Counted from the first letter of the stretch, positions 46,473 to 60,419 are shown. The stretch is 64,000 nucleotides of DNA from Candidatus Paceibacter sp. (GCA_013360865.1 JABWAS010000004.1:412-64411), one strand, 5' to 3'. Numbers and translations are program-made. The notes: generated by a model from the sequence alone, not told the origin.

Positions 46473-47186
46473 CTACTCAATAATTAAACCACCCATTTTA
46501 TTTAATGAGTCAACAGACCACTCTTTTATAAATCTTTCGTAGTCCGACTCGTCTTTAAATTGATTTTTGATAATTTCAATTCCTGATATTATCTCATCGA
46601 CGTCCGACGTCGATGAAGGGGTAAGGTAGTGTCTTAAACTTGACCATTTGTAGCTTAGGATTTTTTTCTTTTCCAATTCCCAGTTTTTTAATTTATTTTC
46701 TCTCCAATCCTTACTACTCAGAAAATCCAAAGGGTTTAAGTGTATGTAAACTGACAAATGCAAAAGATATTCATTTGAATCAATATGCTTTGCTTTGAAA
46801 CTGCCTTCAAACAAAGAACCCCTCCTTTCATTTTTTGTGTTTATATACTTTGCTATTGATGTATTGCATCTTCTTATAAAATCACTTACTCCGTTTTCTT
46901 TAATTTCTTTTATTAAAAGATGATAATGATTGGGCATTATTGCGTAGCATAATATTTCTGAAAGTCTTTCCCCTGATTTTGATATTTCAATCGCTTTTTC
47001 AAGCGTGGCTGTTCGGTAATTTCTAAGATAATCGAAAGCCTGACTGGATTTTGTTGAGTTGGCTAATAAAAATGTTTGGGCTAATTTGTTTGCATTGTCT
47101 TTGTCGCTAAATTCCGGCATGCCCAAAATAACCCTGCTATATACATGATAGTATTCTCCAATAGTAAGCTTTTCTTCTCTAATCAT
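46473..47186 (-). CDS. REP-associated tyrosine transposase (RAYT)-like Y1 HUH transposase
   Basis: 237 aa; HUH motif IMPNHYHLLIKE and YIHLNP catalytic Tyr motif characteristic of TnpA_REP; flanked on both sides by REP palindromes; one REP copy inside its CDS encoding PSSTSDVDEII. Confidence 0.7.
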   Translation of the reverse strand: MIREEKLTIGEYYHVYSRVILGMPEFSDKDNANKLAQTFLLANSTKSSQAFDYLRNYRTATLEKAIEISKSGERLSEILCYAIMPNHYHLLIKEIKENGVSDFIRRCNTSIAKYINTKNERRGSLFEGSFKAKHIDSNEYLLHLSVYIHLNPLDFLSSKDWRENKLKNWELEKKKILSYKWSSLRHYLTPSSTSDVDEIISGIEIIKNQFKDESDYERFIKEWSVDSLNKMGGLIIE

Positions 47187-47206
47187 AGGTATAACTATAC
47201 CATTAT

Positions 47207-47237
47207 ACCCTCATCGACGTCGGACGTCGATGAGGGG
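47207..47237. repeat. REP-like palindrome (ACCCTCATCGACGTCGGACGTCGATGAGGGG)
   Basis: Near-perfect palindrome immediately upstream of RAYT start and of pilD. Confidence 0.8.
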
Positions 47238-47239
47238 TT

Positions 47240-48139
47240 TTGAATATAGATGCTAACATATTAATAATGCCTGTATCTTTGAATTTATATCTTTATTTCC
47301 TTATTTTCCTCTTCGGCGCCGTTGTCGGCAGTTTTTTGAATGTTGTTATTTTGCGTTACAACACCGGGCAGTCTTTTTTTTCCGGCCGGTCAAAGTGTTT
47401 TTCCTGCGGCAAAAAATTGCGCTGGTATGAGCTTGTTCCGGTTTCCAGCTTTATTTGGCAAAAAGGAAGATGTTCAGACTGCGGGAGCAAAATATCGTTT
47501 CAGTATCCGCTGGTGGAGATTTTGACAGGGCTGATCTTTGTTTTAATTACGAATTACGAATTAAGAATCATGAATCAAGGTGATTTGTTATTAACTCCTA
47601 ATTCTTTATTCCCAATTTTTAATTCCATTTATCTCTTTGCGATTTTTTCTTTGCTGATTATTATCGCCGTTTACGATTATCGCCACCAGATAATACCGGA
47701 TTTGTTCGTCTGGATTTTCAACGGCTTGGCGTTTTTGAGTTTGTTTAGTATTTGGAATTTAGAAAATTGGAATTTGTTTCGGATTTCTGATTTCGGATTT
47801 CGGATTTTTGACTGGAGAGGCTTCTTAGCCGGTTTTATATTATTCGCCTTTTTTGCCTTGCTCTGGGGTGTGTCCAAAGGTAAATGGACGGGTTTCGGCG
47901 ACGCCAAGCTGGCCCTCGGCCTTGGCTGGTTTTTGGGCGTGGAAAAAGGCATAACCGCCATCCTGCTTTCCTATTGGATCGGCGCGGCTGTGAGTATCTT
48001 CCTTTTGTGGCTTGCCAAAAGGAAGTATAATATGAAGAGCGCCATAGCGTTCGGGCCGTTTATGATACTGGGCGCCGCAATAGTGTTTTTCCTGGGAGAC
48101 AAAATAACAAACTTTTTCTTTAGCAATATAATTTTTTGA
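47240..48139 (+). CDS. pilD: Prepilin peptidase (A24 family) PilD
   Basis: 299 aa; N-terminal zinc-binding CFSCGKKL...CSDCG, multiple TM; central region contains simple-repeat-encoded insert (WNLENWNLFRISDFGFRIFDW). Confidence 0.8.
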   Translation: MNIDANILIMPVSLNLYLYFLIFLFGAVVGSFLNVVILRYNTGQSFFSGRSKCFSCGKKLRWYELVPVSSFIWQKGRCSDCGSKISFQYPLVEILTGLIFVLITNYELRIMNQGDLLLTPNSLFPIFNSIYLFAIFSLLIIIAVYDYRHQIIPDLFVWIFNGLAFLSLFSIWNLENWNLFRISDFGFRIFDWRGFLAGFILFAFFALLWGVSKGKWTGFGDAKLALGLGWFLGVEKGITAILLSYWIGAAVSIFLLWLAKRKYNMKSAIAFGPFMILGAAIVFFLGDKITNFFFSNIIF

Positions 48140-48537
48140 TGAAAATGAAAAAGTCGCAAAAAGAAAAAACGAAAAAAGTGATTCAATTTTCCGTAGTGGC
48201 CATTTTTGTTTTAAGCGGGCTTGTTTATTTTTTCCCCAGAAGCGCCGATACGGCCAAAAAAATCGTTCTGACTCTTGATTTCGGCGACAGCCAAAAATCT
48301 TACCAGACATTTTTAAAGGAGGAAAATCGGGCGTGGAGCCTGCTCCAGCAAGTGGCGGCAATTTCCGGGACGAATTTAGAAGCCGGAGAAAATTTTTCCG
48401 TCAAAAGAATTGACGGCAAGCAAAACGGCGATGGTAATAAAAATTGGTCTTTCTACGTTAACGGGAAAAAAGAAAAAAGGTCTCCCTATGAAGTGATGGT
48501 AAAGGCTCCGGCCAAAGTAACTTTTAAGTTTGAATAA
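48136..48537 (+). CDS. Hypothetical small secreted protein
   Basis: 133 aa; N-terminal signal anchor; no motifs. Confidence 0.3.
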   Translation: MMKMKKSQKEKTKKVIQFSVVAIFVLSGLVYFFPRSADTAKKIVLTLDFGDSQKSYQTFLKEENRAWSLLQQVAAISGTNLEAGENFSVKRIDGKQNGDGNKNWSFYVNGKKEKRSPYEVMVKAPAKVTFKFE

Positions 48538-48607
48538 AGCAAAGCGTTACCAGACTTATCCACTTAAAATATTGGATTAAATAGTCTGCGGGTGTAAAAT
48601 TCAGTCA

Positions 48608-49231
48608 ATGATTTCTGTCAAAAAGGTTAAGAATCAGCAGGGGTTTAACCTTATGGAGCTTTTGGTGATAGTTTCCATAATCGCCATGGTTAACATGGTT
48701 ATTTTTGCTGGTTACCCCAAGTTTAACCGCCGGATAGCTCTCAAAAAAACGACGGCCGAGATAGCTTTGGCGGTAAGGCAGGCGCAGTCAAACTCCTTAG
48801 CTGTCAAAAAATTCGATAAAAGCGTTTCAAATCCATTTCCGGACTATGGAATACATTTTGAAAAAGATAAAAATAATTTTACTATTTTTGCCGACACCAA
48901 CAACAGCAGAACTTATGGAGGAGCATCCGCCGATTGCTCCGACACCGAATGTGTTGAATTTTTTAGCATAAATAATTCTACCCAGGTTGGTACAGTGGAA
49001 CTGTGTCAAAAATCTTCAAGTTGCGCTTCTTATCAAAAAGTTGATATTGTCTACCCAAGAGGCAGAACAGCGGTAATCGCTTACGTCCGCGGCGTAGACG
49101 ATTCCGGCGGGGTTTACGAATGCTCCTCCTGCTCATACGCCCGGATAAGAGTTGATTCGCTGGGCAACCTTGTGCCTCCGAAATATCTTTATGTCTGGTT
49201 TAACGGGCAGATAAGCATCAAGGATAATTAA
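48608..49231 (+). CDS. Pseudopilin/minor pilin-like protein
   Basis: 207 aa; prepilin-type N-terminus QQGFNLMELLVIVSIIAMV. Confidence 0.5.
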   Translation: MISVKKVKNQQGFNLMELLVIVSIIAMVNMVIFAGYPKFNRRIALKKTTAEIALAVRQAQSNSLAVKKFDKSVSNPFPDYGIHFEKDKNNFTIFADTNNSRTYGGASADCSDTECVEFFSINNSTQVGTVELCQKSSSCASYQKVDIVYPRGRTAVIAYVRGVDDSGGVYECSSCSYARIRVDSLGNLVPPKYLYVWFNGQISIKDN

Positions 49232-49237
49232 GCTCAA

Positions 49238-50551
49238 ATGTTAAAGTTCAAATGTCAAAACCAGAAAGGTAAAATAATTCTGTCAAAAATGACAAGAGGT
49301 TTCACTCTCATAGAAACTATTGTTGCTATAGCGCTTCTTTCCGCCGCGGTGGCCGGACCGCTGACCATGGCGATAAAAAGCATCAGCAACGCTTCCGTGT
49401 CGCAAGACCAACTGACGGCCTTTTATCTGGCGCAGGAGGCTATAGAATACGTGAGAAAGGTGCGGGACGATAACGTATTGAGCGGAAATTCCGGAAGCGA
49501 TTGGCTGGATGGGTTGGATGAGTGCGTTTTAGTTGACATGCCGCTTTGTAATTCCGGAATCACTACTTTTGATTATACTGGAACGGCTCAAGAGTGTAAA
49601 ATTCCTCCTGGCGTGACAAGTGTTGAAATTACGGCTTACGGAGCAGCCCCCGGGGGATTAGGGGGTATGGCTAAGGGGACAATTTCCGTTACCTCAAACG
49701 ATATTTTACATGTATACGTAGGCGGTTCCAGTGGTTACAATGGTGGAGGTAATGGAGGGAGTGGTGTACCAACCCCCGCTCATGGAGGTAATGGTGGTGG
49801 TGCTTCTGACGTCAGACTTAATGGAACCAACTTTTCTGATAGAGTACTTGTTGCTGGCGGTGGAGGAGGAGGGGGGGCTTATGGTTCTAAACCAGGTCGT
49901 GGAGGGTCTGGTGGCGGAGGTGATGGAGACAATGCTGGTTGCGTGGGTTTTGGAGGAATGGGTGGAACGTTGTTATCGGGTGGAGTAGGAGGTAAAGGTA
50001 GTCAAAATGGTACACCTGGTGTACCAGGCAACGGCGGCAACGGCGGCAACGGCGGTAATGGGTGGTATGATGGTGGTGGTGGTGGTGGTGGTGGTGGTGG
50101 GTATTACGGCGGCGGTGGTGGCGGGTCAGGGACTTACGACGGCTCTTGTTGGCCATATTCTGGTGGCGGCGGTGGTGGCGGTGGAAGTAGCTATGTTCCG
50201 TCTGGAGGCACAACTCAAAGCGGCGTGGAAACGGGAAATGGCCAAGTAATTATCGATGCGGGAGGCAGCGGCGGCGGCGGCGGGAAAAAAACAAACAAGG
50301 TTGGTTGTTACATAGACGCGCGCGATGGTAAGGTAGACCAATGTCCGGAAACCGGTTGCCCCGTTTTGAACAAAGTCGGCGACGGTTATGGTTATTCCGG
50401 CTCCAACGGCACAATTTATACCAGAACCGTCAAAATTGACGGCACCTTAAACGGCGGCAACGAGGCCAGAGTTAACGTGGAAGTAAAATGGAACGGCCGG
50501 TTCGGGCAAAAATCAATGCTTTTGCAGGATAATATTTTTAATTGGAGGTGA
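49238..50551 (+). CDS. Large pilin-like protein with glycine-rich C-terminal domain
   Basis: 437 aa; prepilin N-terminus TRGFTLIETIVAIALL; long GGxGG/GGN tracts including (GGT)n run ~50070..50102; paralogous to C-terminal domain of 51146..52609. Confidence 0.55.
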   Translation: MLKFKCQNQKGKIILSKMTRGFTLIETIVAIALLSAAVAGPLTMAIKSISNASVSQDQLTAFYLAQEAIEYVRKVRDDNVLSGNSGSDWLDGLDECVLVDMPLCNSGITTFDYTGTAQECKIPPGVTSVEITAYGAAPGGLGGMAKGTISVTSNDILHVYVGGSSGYNGGGNGGSGVPTPAHGGNGGGASDVRLNGTNFSDRVLVAGGGGGGGAYGSKPGRGGSGGGGDGDNAGCVGFGGMGGTLLSGGVGGKGSQNGTPGVPGNGGNGGNGGNGWYDGGGGGGGGGGYYGGGGGGSGTYDGSCWPYSGGGGGGGGSSYVPSGGTTQSGVETGNGQVIIDAGGSGGGGGKKTNKVGCYIDARDGKVDQCPETGCPVLNKVGDGYGYSGSNGTIYTRTVKIDGTLNGGNEARVNVEVKWNGRFGQKSMLLQDNIFNWR

Positions 50552-51114
50552 TTATGAATCAAGAATTACGAATCAAGAATAGTGAATTAAAAACAAACGG
50601 AAAATCTTATTTGACAGGGGGTTTTACTCTCATAGAAATAATCGTGGCCGTGGGGGTGTTTGCCATCGTGATGACGGTTTCTCTGGCGGCGTTTTTGAAT
50701 TTGATTGACATGCAATGGAAGACGGAATCTTTTCGCAAAGTCAACGGCAATCTTAACTACGCCATGGAGGCGATAACCAGGGACATCAGGGCCGGAAACG
50801 GCTACTCTTCCTGCGGAGCGGGTTGCTTTTCTTTCACTGATTCCACAGGGGCGGTCGTTATTTATAAGCTGGAAACCGGAAGCGCCGGGGGTTACATATC
50901 AAGAACGGTCAATTCCAGTCAGTCAATGATGACAGCCGATGACGTCAACATCACCGGACTTTCTTTTGACGTTTCCGGAACCGGCGCCAACGACAGCGAA
51001 CAGCCGCTGGTCGTCATTCGCATAAACGGCGAGTCCGGATTAAAAGAAAAACTGAAATCAAAGCTGAACATCCAGGCGACGGTGGCGCAGAGGAAGCTGG
51101 ATTCGGGAAGTTAA
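50542..51114 (+). CDS. Pilin-like protein with 27-aa leader
   Basis: 190 aa; leader MEVIMNQELRIKNSELKTNGKSYLTGG then FTLIEIIVAVGVFAIV. Confidence 0.5.
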   Translation: MEVIMNQELRIKNSELKTNGKSYLTGGFTLIEIIVAVGVFAIVMTVSLAAFLNLIDMQWKTESFRKVNGNLNYAMEAITRDIRAGNGYSSCGAGCFSFTDSTGAVVIYKLETGSAGGYISRTVNSSQSMMTADDVNITGLSFDVSGTGANDSEQPLVVIRINGESGLKEKLKSKLNIQATVAQRKLDSGS

Positions 51115-51145
51115 CCCTGTCAAATAATTTTAAATTTCTGGAGAT

Positions 51146-55806
<4,661 letters not shown>

Positions 55807-55846
55807 ACGTCATTTTAATTTTAACATTTTGTGCTACAATTGAAAC

Positions 55847-56332
55847 ATGACTCTTAAAGAAAAAATAAAAGCCGATTTTAAAGAGGCTTTTAAGGCCAAA
55901 GAAGAAGTGAAATTATCGGTTTTGAAGATGGTCAACGCCGCCATCGGCAACGCTGAGATAGAAAAAAGGGCGAAGATAATAAAATCCGGCGGGGAAGCGA
56001 CGGAGGCGGCGGTTTCCTTAAACGACGAGGAAGTTCTGCGGGTTGTTTCCAGGGAAATAAAAAAAAGGAAAGATTCCATAGAAATTTACGAAAAAGCCGG
56101 CCGAGCGGAGCTGGCTGAAAGGGAAAAGGCGGAAGCCTCTGTTCTTTCTGCTTATATGCCGGAACAACTCGGCGAAAGTGAAGTAAGGGAGTTGGCTAAA
56201 AAATCTGTTGAACAATCCGGCGCCAAGGGAGAAAAAGAAATCGGCAAAGTTATGGCGATACTGATGCCGCAAGTCAAAGGCAAGGCCGACGGAGCGACGG
56301 TGACCAGGATAGTAAAGGAACTACTTTCTTAA
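55847..56332 (+). CDS. GatB/YqeY domain protein
   Basis: 161 aa; YqeY-like MTLKEKIKADFKEAFKAKEE... Confidence 0.7.
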   Translation: MTLKEKIKADFKEAFKAKEEVKLSVLKMVNAAIGNAEIEKRAKIIKSGGEATEAAVSLNDEEVLRVVSREIKKRKDSIEIYEKAGRAELAEREKAEASVLSAYMPEQLGESEVRELAKKSVEQSGAKGEKEIGKVMAILMPQVKGKADGATVTRIVKELLS

Positions 56333-56342
56333 GTTCTTAATG

Positions 56343-56375
56343 ATTCAAGTTTAGACATCGGATGTCCAATGGACA
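56343..56375. terminator. 33-bp palindromic hairpin (AGACATCGGATGTCC-aat-GGACATCCGATGTCT) followed by T-run
   Basis: Perfect 15-bp stem; inverse-variant copy at 60384..60419. Confidence 0.7.
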
Positions 56376-56522
56376 TCCGATGTCTTTTGCGGCTGGGCAA
56401 GTCCACTTGGAAGTAACTTGGAAGTTTCGCTTCCAAGTTACTTCCAAGTTAAATTTGAATACCTAATTAATTACTAAAGATAAGTTGATTTCAGATGGCG
56501 AATAAGGCAGAATTAAACCATT

Positions 56523-56807
56523 ATGGTTGATGTGGAAAAACTGGCTCTGTTGGCCAGAATCCAACTTGACTCTTCGGAGAAAAGCGAACTTCAAAAAGAT
56601 TTTGAGGCGATTTTGGGTTATATTTCCGAGCTGCGAAAAGCAACGACCTCCGGAGAAGAAGCTCTTGCCGCCAAAGCGGCTGGCTTGAAAAATATTTTAA
56701 GAGAAGATGTTGAAGCGGCAAAAAAAGATTTTTCCGCCGAAGAACTTGTTGACGCGGCCCCGCGAAAAGAAGGCGGGTATATTAAAGTTAAGCATGTGTT
56801 TGAATAA
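56523..56807 (+). CDS. gatC: Glu/Asp-tRNA amidotransferase subunit C
   Basis: 94 aa; MVDVEKLALLARIQLDSSEK...ILGYISEL typical GatC. Confidence 0.8.
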   Translation: MVDVEKLALLARIQLDSSEKSELQKDFEAILGYISELRKATTSGEEALAAKAAGLKNILREDVEAAKKDFSAEELVDAAPRKEGGYIKVKHVFE

Positions 56808-56874
56808 AAATTCAAAATTCAAAAAGCAAAAGTCAAAACTGCAAGTCAAAAATCAAAATTGAAAAAATCTCTCT

Positions 56875-58302
56875 ATGTTCAGCAATCTTACAATTTCAAA
56901 AGTTCGCAGTATGTTGTTAAAGGGAGATTTTTCCTGCAAAGAACTTGTTTCTTATTACATTAAAAACATCAAAGAAAAAAACCCGGGCATCAACGCTTAT
57001 CTGGAAGTTTTTGACGACGCCATGGAGGAAGCGGAAAAAATTGACGAAGAAATAAAATCCGGCCGGGCGAAAAACAAGCCGTTGGCGGGAGTGCCCATAG
57101 CTGTCAAAGACAATATTCTGATAAGGGGTAAAAAATGCACGGCCGGTTCCAAAATGCTGGAAAATTATCGGGCGGCTTACGACGCCACGGCTATAAAAAA
57201 AATCCGCGAGGCCGGCGCGATATTTATAGGAAGGACCAATATGGACGAGTTTGCCATGGGCGCCTCAACGGAAAATTCCGCTTACGGCGTTACTAAAAAT
57301 CCTCATGATTTGTCTCGGGTTGCCGGCGGTTCTTCCGGCGGTTCGGCGGCGGCCGTGGCCATGGATGGCTGTTTGGCGGCGCTTGGCTCGGACACCGGCG
57401 GTTCCATCCGCCAGCCGGCCGGATTTTGCGGCATTGTCGGGCTTAACCCCACTTACGGCGCGGTTTCCCGCTCCGGTCTTATCGCCATGGCTTCTTCTTT
57501 TGACCAGATCGGGCCGATGGCGAAGACGGCTGAAGACGCGGAAATTATTTTCAATATTATAAAAGGCCGGGACCAAATGGACTCAACTTCTGCCTCATCG
57601 ACGTCGGACGTCGATGAGGACGTCGATGAGGAGAGATGGCCGGAGAAACCGAGGATAGGGGTGTTAAAATATGACAAAAAGAACGCGGACGAGGAAGTAA
57701 ACGCCGCTTTGGAAAAGACGGCGGCGGCGCTGGAAAAGTCCGGTTGCCGGGTTGAAGAAATTGAATTGCCTAACATCGGCTATTCCGTGCCGTGTTATTA
57801 CGTTTTGGTGCCGGCCGAAGTTTCTTCCAATCTGGCGCGCTTTGACGGGGTTAAGTATGGGCTGCTTAAAGAAGGAGAAAATCTAATTGGCGATTACATG
57901 GAGACGAGGGCGGCCGGATTCGGTCGGGAAGTGAAGAGAAGAATAATGCTCGGGACTTACGTTTTGTCCGCCGGATATTACGACGCTTACTACGCCAAAG
58001 CCCAGAAAACAAGAGAACTGATAAAAAAAGATTTTAAAGGCGCTTTCCGAAAAGTTGATCTTATCTTGTCGCCGACTTCGCCGTCCCCCGCCTTTAAGAT
58101 AGGGGAAAAAGCGAGCGATCCTTTGAAGATGTACCTGGAGGATATTTTTACCGCTCCGGCCAAAATCGCCGGATTGCCGGCCATAGCTGTTCCCGCGGGC
58201 GTTATTTCGGCCGGTTTGCCGATAGGTTTGCAGTACACGGCGCCTTGGTTTAAGGAAAACCGGCTTTTTAAAATAGCGAAAAAACATGAGGGATATTTTT
58301 GA
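56875..58302 (+). CDS. gatA: Glu/Asp-tRNA amidotransferase subunit A (contains in-frame REP insertion)
   Basis: 475 aa; amidase signature GGSSGGSAAAVA, catalytic Ser-cisSer-Lys; REP palindrome at 57592..57631 encodes ASSTSDVDEDVDEE loop. Confidence 0.9.
   Translation: MFSNLTISKVRSMLLKGDFSCKELVSYYIKNIKEKNPGINAYLEVFDDAMEEAEKIDEEIKSGRAKNKPLAGVPIAVKDNILIRGKKCTAGSKMLENYRAAYDATAIKKIREAGAIFIGRTNMDEFAMGASTENSAYGVTKNPHDLSRVAGGSSGGSAAAVAMDGCLAALGSDTGGSIRQPAGFCGIVGLNPTYGAVSRSGLIAMASSFDQIGPMAKTAEDAEIIFNIIKGRDQMDSTSASSTSDVDEDVDEERWPEKPRIGVLKYDKKNADEEVNAALEKTAAALEKSGCRVEEIELPNIGYSVPCYYVLVPAEVSSNLARFDGVKYGLLKEGENLIGDYMETRAAGFGREVKRRIMLGTYVLSAGYYDAYYAKAQKTRELIKKDFKGAFRKVDLILSPTSPSPAFKIGEKASDPLKMYLEDIFTAPAKIAGLPAIAVPAGVISAGLPIGLQYTAPWFKENRLFKIAKKHEGYF
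57592..57631. repeat. REP-like palindrome copy inside gatA coding sequence
   Basis: GCCTCATCGACGTCGGACGTCGATGAGG + partial repeat ACGTCGATGAGG; in frame, no stop. Confidence 0.8.
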
Positions 58303-58891
58303 TTACTTTCCGTTTTTTAAATTAAGAGATCCGCGTTTTCTTAATCTGGAGTATCTTTACAACCAGATTTTAGAGCTGCTGAAAAAATTATGGGCGTTTT
58401 TGCTGTATCTGCTTAAGCTGTTGGCGCTTCTTTTTGTAAAATTCTTTTTTTTCGCTATCACAATAATAATTCTAGCGCTGATAGCGCTAGTTATTTACAA
58501 ACTTTACATACTTAAGAGGAGAAAGAAAATTGCCGGCTTGGCGCGCTTTGCCGAAGAAGACAAGTTCTTTAAAGACCGTTCCGAAAAATGGTCAAATATC
58601 AAGAAAAAAGCCGAGTCAGATGAAATTGAAGACCGGAAAGCGGCCATCGTGGAAGCGGACAATATTTTGGATGGAATTTTAAGAAGCATCGGCTACCGCG
58701 GCGACGGTTTGGCCGACAAACTCAAAAGTATTGAGCCGAGCGACTTCGTCAGTTTACAGGATGTCTGGGACGCCTATAAGGTCCGTTCCAAAATCGCGCG
58801 CGAAGGCGAGAAGTTTGAGCTGACCAAAGAAGAAGCCAAGGCCGCTCTGGGAAAATACGAGAAAGGATTGAAAGAGCTGGGATATGTGTAA
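58286..58891 (+). CDS. Hypothetical membrane-anchored protein
   Basis: 201 aa; one long hydrophobic segment then charged coiled-coil-like C-terminus. Confidence 0.3.
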   Translation: MRDIFDYFPFFKLRDPRFLNLEYLYNQILELLKKLWAFLLYLLKLLALLFVKFFFFAITIIILALIALVIYKLYILKRRKKIAGLARFAEEDKFFKDRSEKWSNIKKKAESDEIEDRKAAIVEADNILDGILRSIGYRGDGLADKLKSIEPSDFVSLQDVWDAYKVRSKIAREGEKFELTKEEAKAALGKYEKGLKELGYV

Positions 58892-58898
58892 ACTTTTG

Positions 58899-58973
58899 CG
58901 GACCCGACCGGATTTGAACCGGCGATCTTCCCCGTGACAGGGGGACGTGTTGACCGGGCTACACCACGGGTCC
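58899..58973 (-). tRNA. tRNA-Asp (anticodon GUC)
   Basis: Acceptor GGACCCG/CGGGTCC, anticodon loop CT-GTC-AC, T-loop TTCAAAT. Confidence 0.8.
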
Positions 58974-58997
58974 ATTAAATTTTTATCAGCCTTAGGC

Positions 58998-59074
58998 TGG
59001 TGCCGGCGGGAGGGATCGAACCTCCGACCTTGGGCTTATGAGTCCCACGCTCTAACCAACTGAGCTACGCCGGC
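58998..59074 (-). tRNA. tRNA with CAU anticodon (elongator Met or Ile2-lysidine type), CCA encoded
   Basis: Acceptor GCCGGCG/CGCCGGC with G1-C72, anticodon loop CT-CAT-AA. Confidence 0.7.
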
Positions 59075-59080
59075 TCCTTG

Positions 59081-59151
59081 TTGCGGGGGCCGGAATTGCA
59101 CCGGCGCCTCAAGGTTATGAGCCTTGTGAGGTACTACTCCTCCACCCCGCG
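59081..59151 (-). tRNA. Initiator tRNA-fMet (CAU)
   Basis: C1·A72 mismatch (CGCGGGG/CCCCGCA), A11:U24 pair, A73 discriminator, anticodon loop CT-CAT-AA. Confidence 0.65.
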
Positions 59152-59218
59152 ATCAAATAAATATTATATAATATTGCAAAATAAAGCAAATAAAACTAAT
59201 ATAATAAAGCAAAATAAT

Positions 59219-59291
59219 GCCGTTGTAGCTCAGATGGTAGAGCAACTCCATGGTAAGGAGTAGGTCGCCGGTTCAATTCCGGCCAACGGCT
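59219..59291 (+). tRNA. tRNA-Thr (anticodon GGU)
   Basis: Acceptor GCCGTTG/CAACGGC, anticodon loop AT-GGT-AA, T-arm GCCGGTTCAATTCCGGC. Confidence 0.8.
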
Positions 59292-59297
59292 TTGTTT

Positions 59298-59370
59298 GCC
59301 ACCCTAGCTCAATTGGTAGAGCAATGGTATCGTAAACCATAGGTTGCCGGTTCAAGTCCGGCGGGTGGCT
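59298..59370 (+). tRNA. tRNA-Thr (anticodon CGU)
   Basis: Acceptor GCCACCC/GGGTGGC, anticodon loop AT-CGT-AA, T-arm GCCGGTTCAAGTCCGGC. Confidence 0.8.
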
Positions 59371-59371
59371 T

Positions 59372-60361
59372 ATGGAACAATTTTTGAATCTATTTTTGAT
59401 TGTTCTGGGTGTCGGCGGCTTTGCGCTGGCTTTTTACATCCACAAAAGCAAGAAGAAAGCGAAGCCTATGGTTTGCCCGCTGGACGGGCATTGCGACGAA
59501 GTAGTACACAGCGAATATTCGGAGTTTTTTGGCATTTCTTTGGAAAAGTTTGGCATGGCTTATTACGCGGCGGTGGCTCTGGCTTACGGAGCTTATTCTT
59601 ACTTTTCTTCTCTGCCGCCTTACGCTTCTTTCGTCTTGTTTTTTCTGACGGCGGGCGCCTTCCTTTTTTCGTTGTATCTGACCTTTATCCAGGCCTTCAA
59701 TCTTAGGAAGTGGTGCACCTGGTGCCTTATTTCCGCGGGAATATGTTCCTTTATCTTCGTGGCTTCGTTGTTTGCCGTCAAGTCAGGTTTTACCACTTTG
59801 CCGCTGGAAATTTTTGCGGCGGTGGGAAATTTACTGGCGGCCGCGATGGCGGTCGGTTCTTCCGCGGTTTCTTTGGTTATCTTGATAAAATTTGCCGGAG
59901 ATATGGATATAAGCGCGGCGGAAGCGGAAACAATTCACCTGCTTTCCCAGGTGTTTTGGTTTTCTATGGCGTCGGTTGTTTTAAGCGGTTTCGGTTTGTT
60001 TTTGTCCGATGGCGGCATTCCGACTTATCCGGCTATTTTTTGGCTGAAATTTTTACTAGCCTTATTCCTTATAGGCTTGGCGGCTGCCTTCAACCTTGTC
60101 GCGCTGCCCAAGGCAATTAAAGAAACCGCGATTATCGGAGGGCAGGGTAAGGGTAATTTATCCAAAGAAGAAGCGCTTGGTCTTTTGGCCATGAGCATGA
60201 CGACCATCGCCGCTTCTTTCGCCTTTTTTATTCTCTCGGCATTTCCCGGATTCTTTGTTTTTTTGGGTTTCGCCAATTTGTCCATTATTTTAATTGTCGT
60301 CTTGGCGGTTTTTGCTTCCGCCGGCAGGCGATTGGGGGAAACCATCTCTTTGGGCGTGTAA
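59372..60361 (+). CDS. VKOR-family (vitamin K epoxide reductase-like) membrane protein with C-terminal multi-TM extension
   Basis: 329 aa; loop cysteines CPLDGHC and active-site CTWC after KW, as in VKOR/DsbB-analog proteins; ATG one nt after tRNA-Thr. Confidence 0.55.
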   Translation: MEQFLNLFLIVLGVGGFALAFYIHKSKKKAKPMVCPLDGHCDEVVHSEYSEFFGISLEKFGMAYYAAVALAYGAYSYFSSLPPYASFVLFFLTAGAFLFSLYLTFIQAFNLRKWCTWCLISAGICSFIFVASLFAVKSGFTTLPLEIFAAVGNLLAAAMAVGSSAVSLVILIKFAGDMDISAAEAETIHLLSQVFWFSMASVVLSGFGLFLSDGGIPTYPAIFWLKFLLALFLIGLAAAFNLVALPKAIKETAIIGGQGKGNLSKEEALGLLAMSMTTIAASFAFFILSAFPGFFVFLGFANLSIILIVVLAVFASAGRRLGETISLGV

Positions 60362-60383
60362 AAGTATAATTCTTGGCTAACAA

Positions 60384-60419
60384 AAGACATCCGATGTCCA
60401 ATTGGACATCGGATGTCTT
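60384..60419. terminator. 36-bp palindromic hairpin (AAGACATCCGATGTCCAATTGGACATCGGATGTCTT)
   Basis: Perfect palindrome; same family as 56343..56375. Confidence 0.7.
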
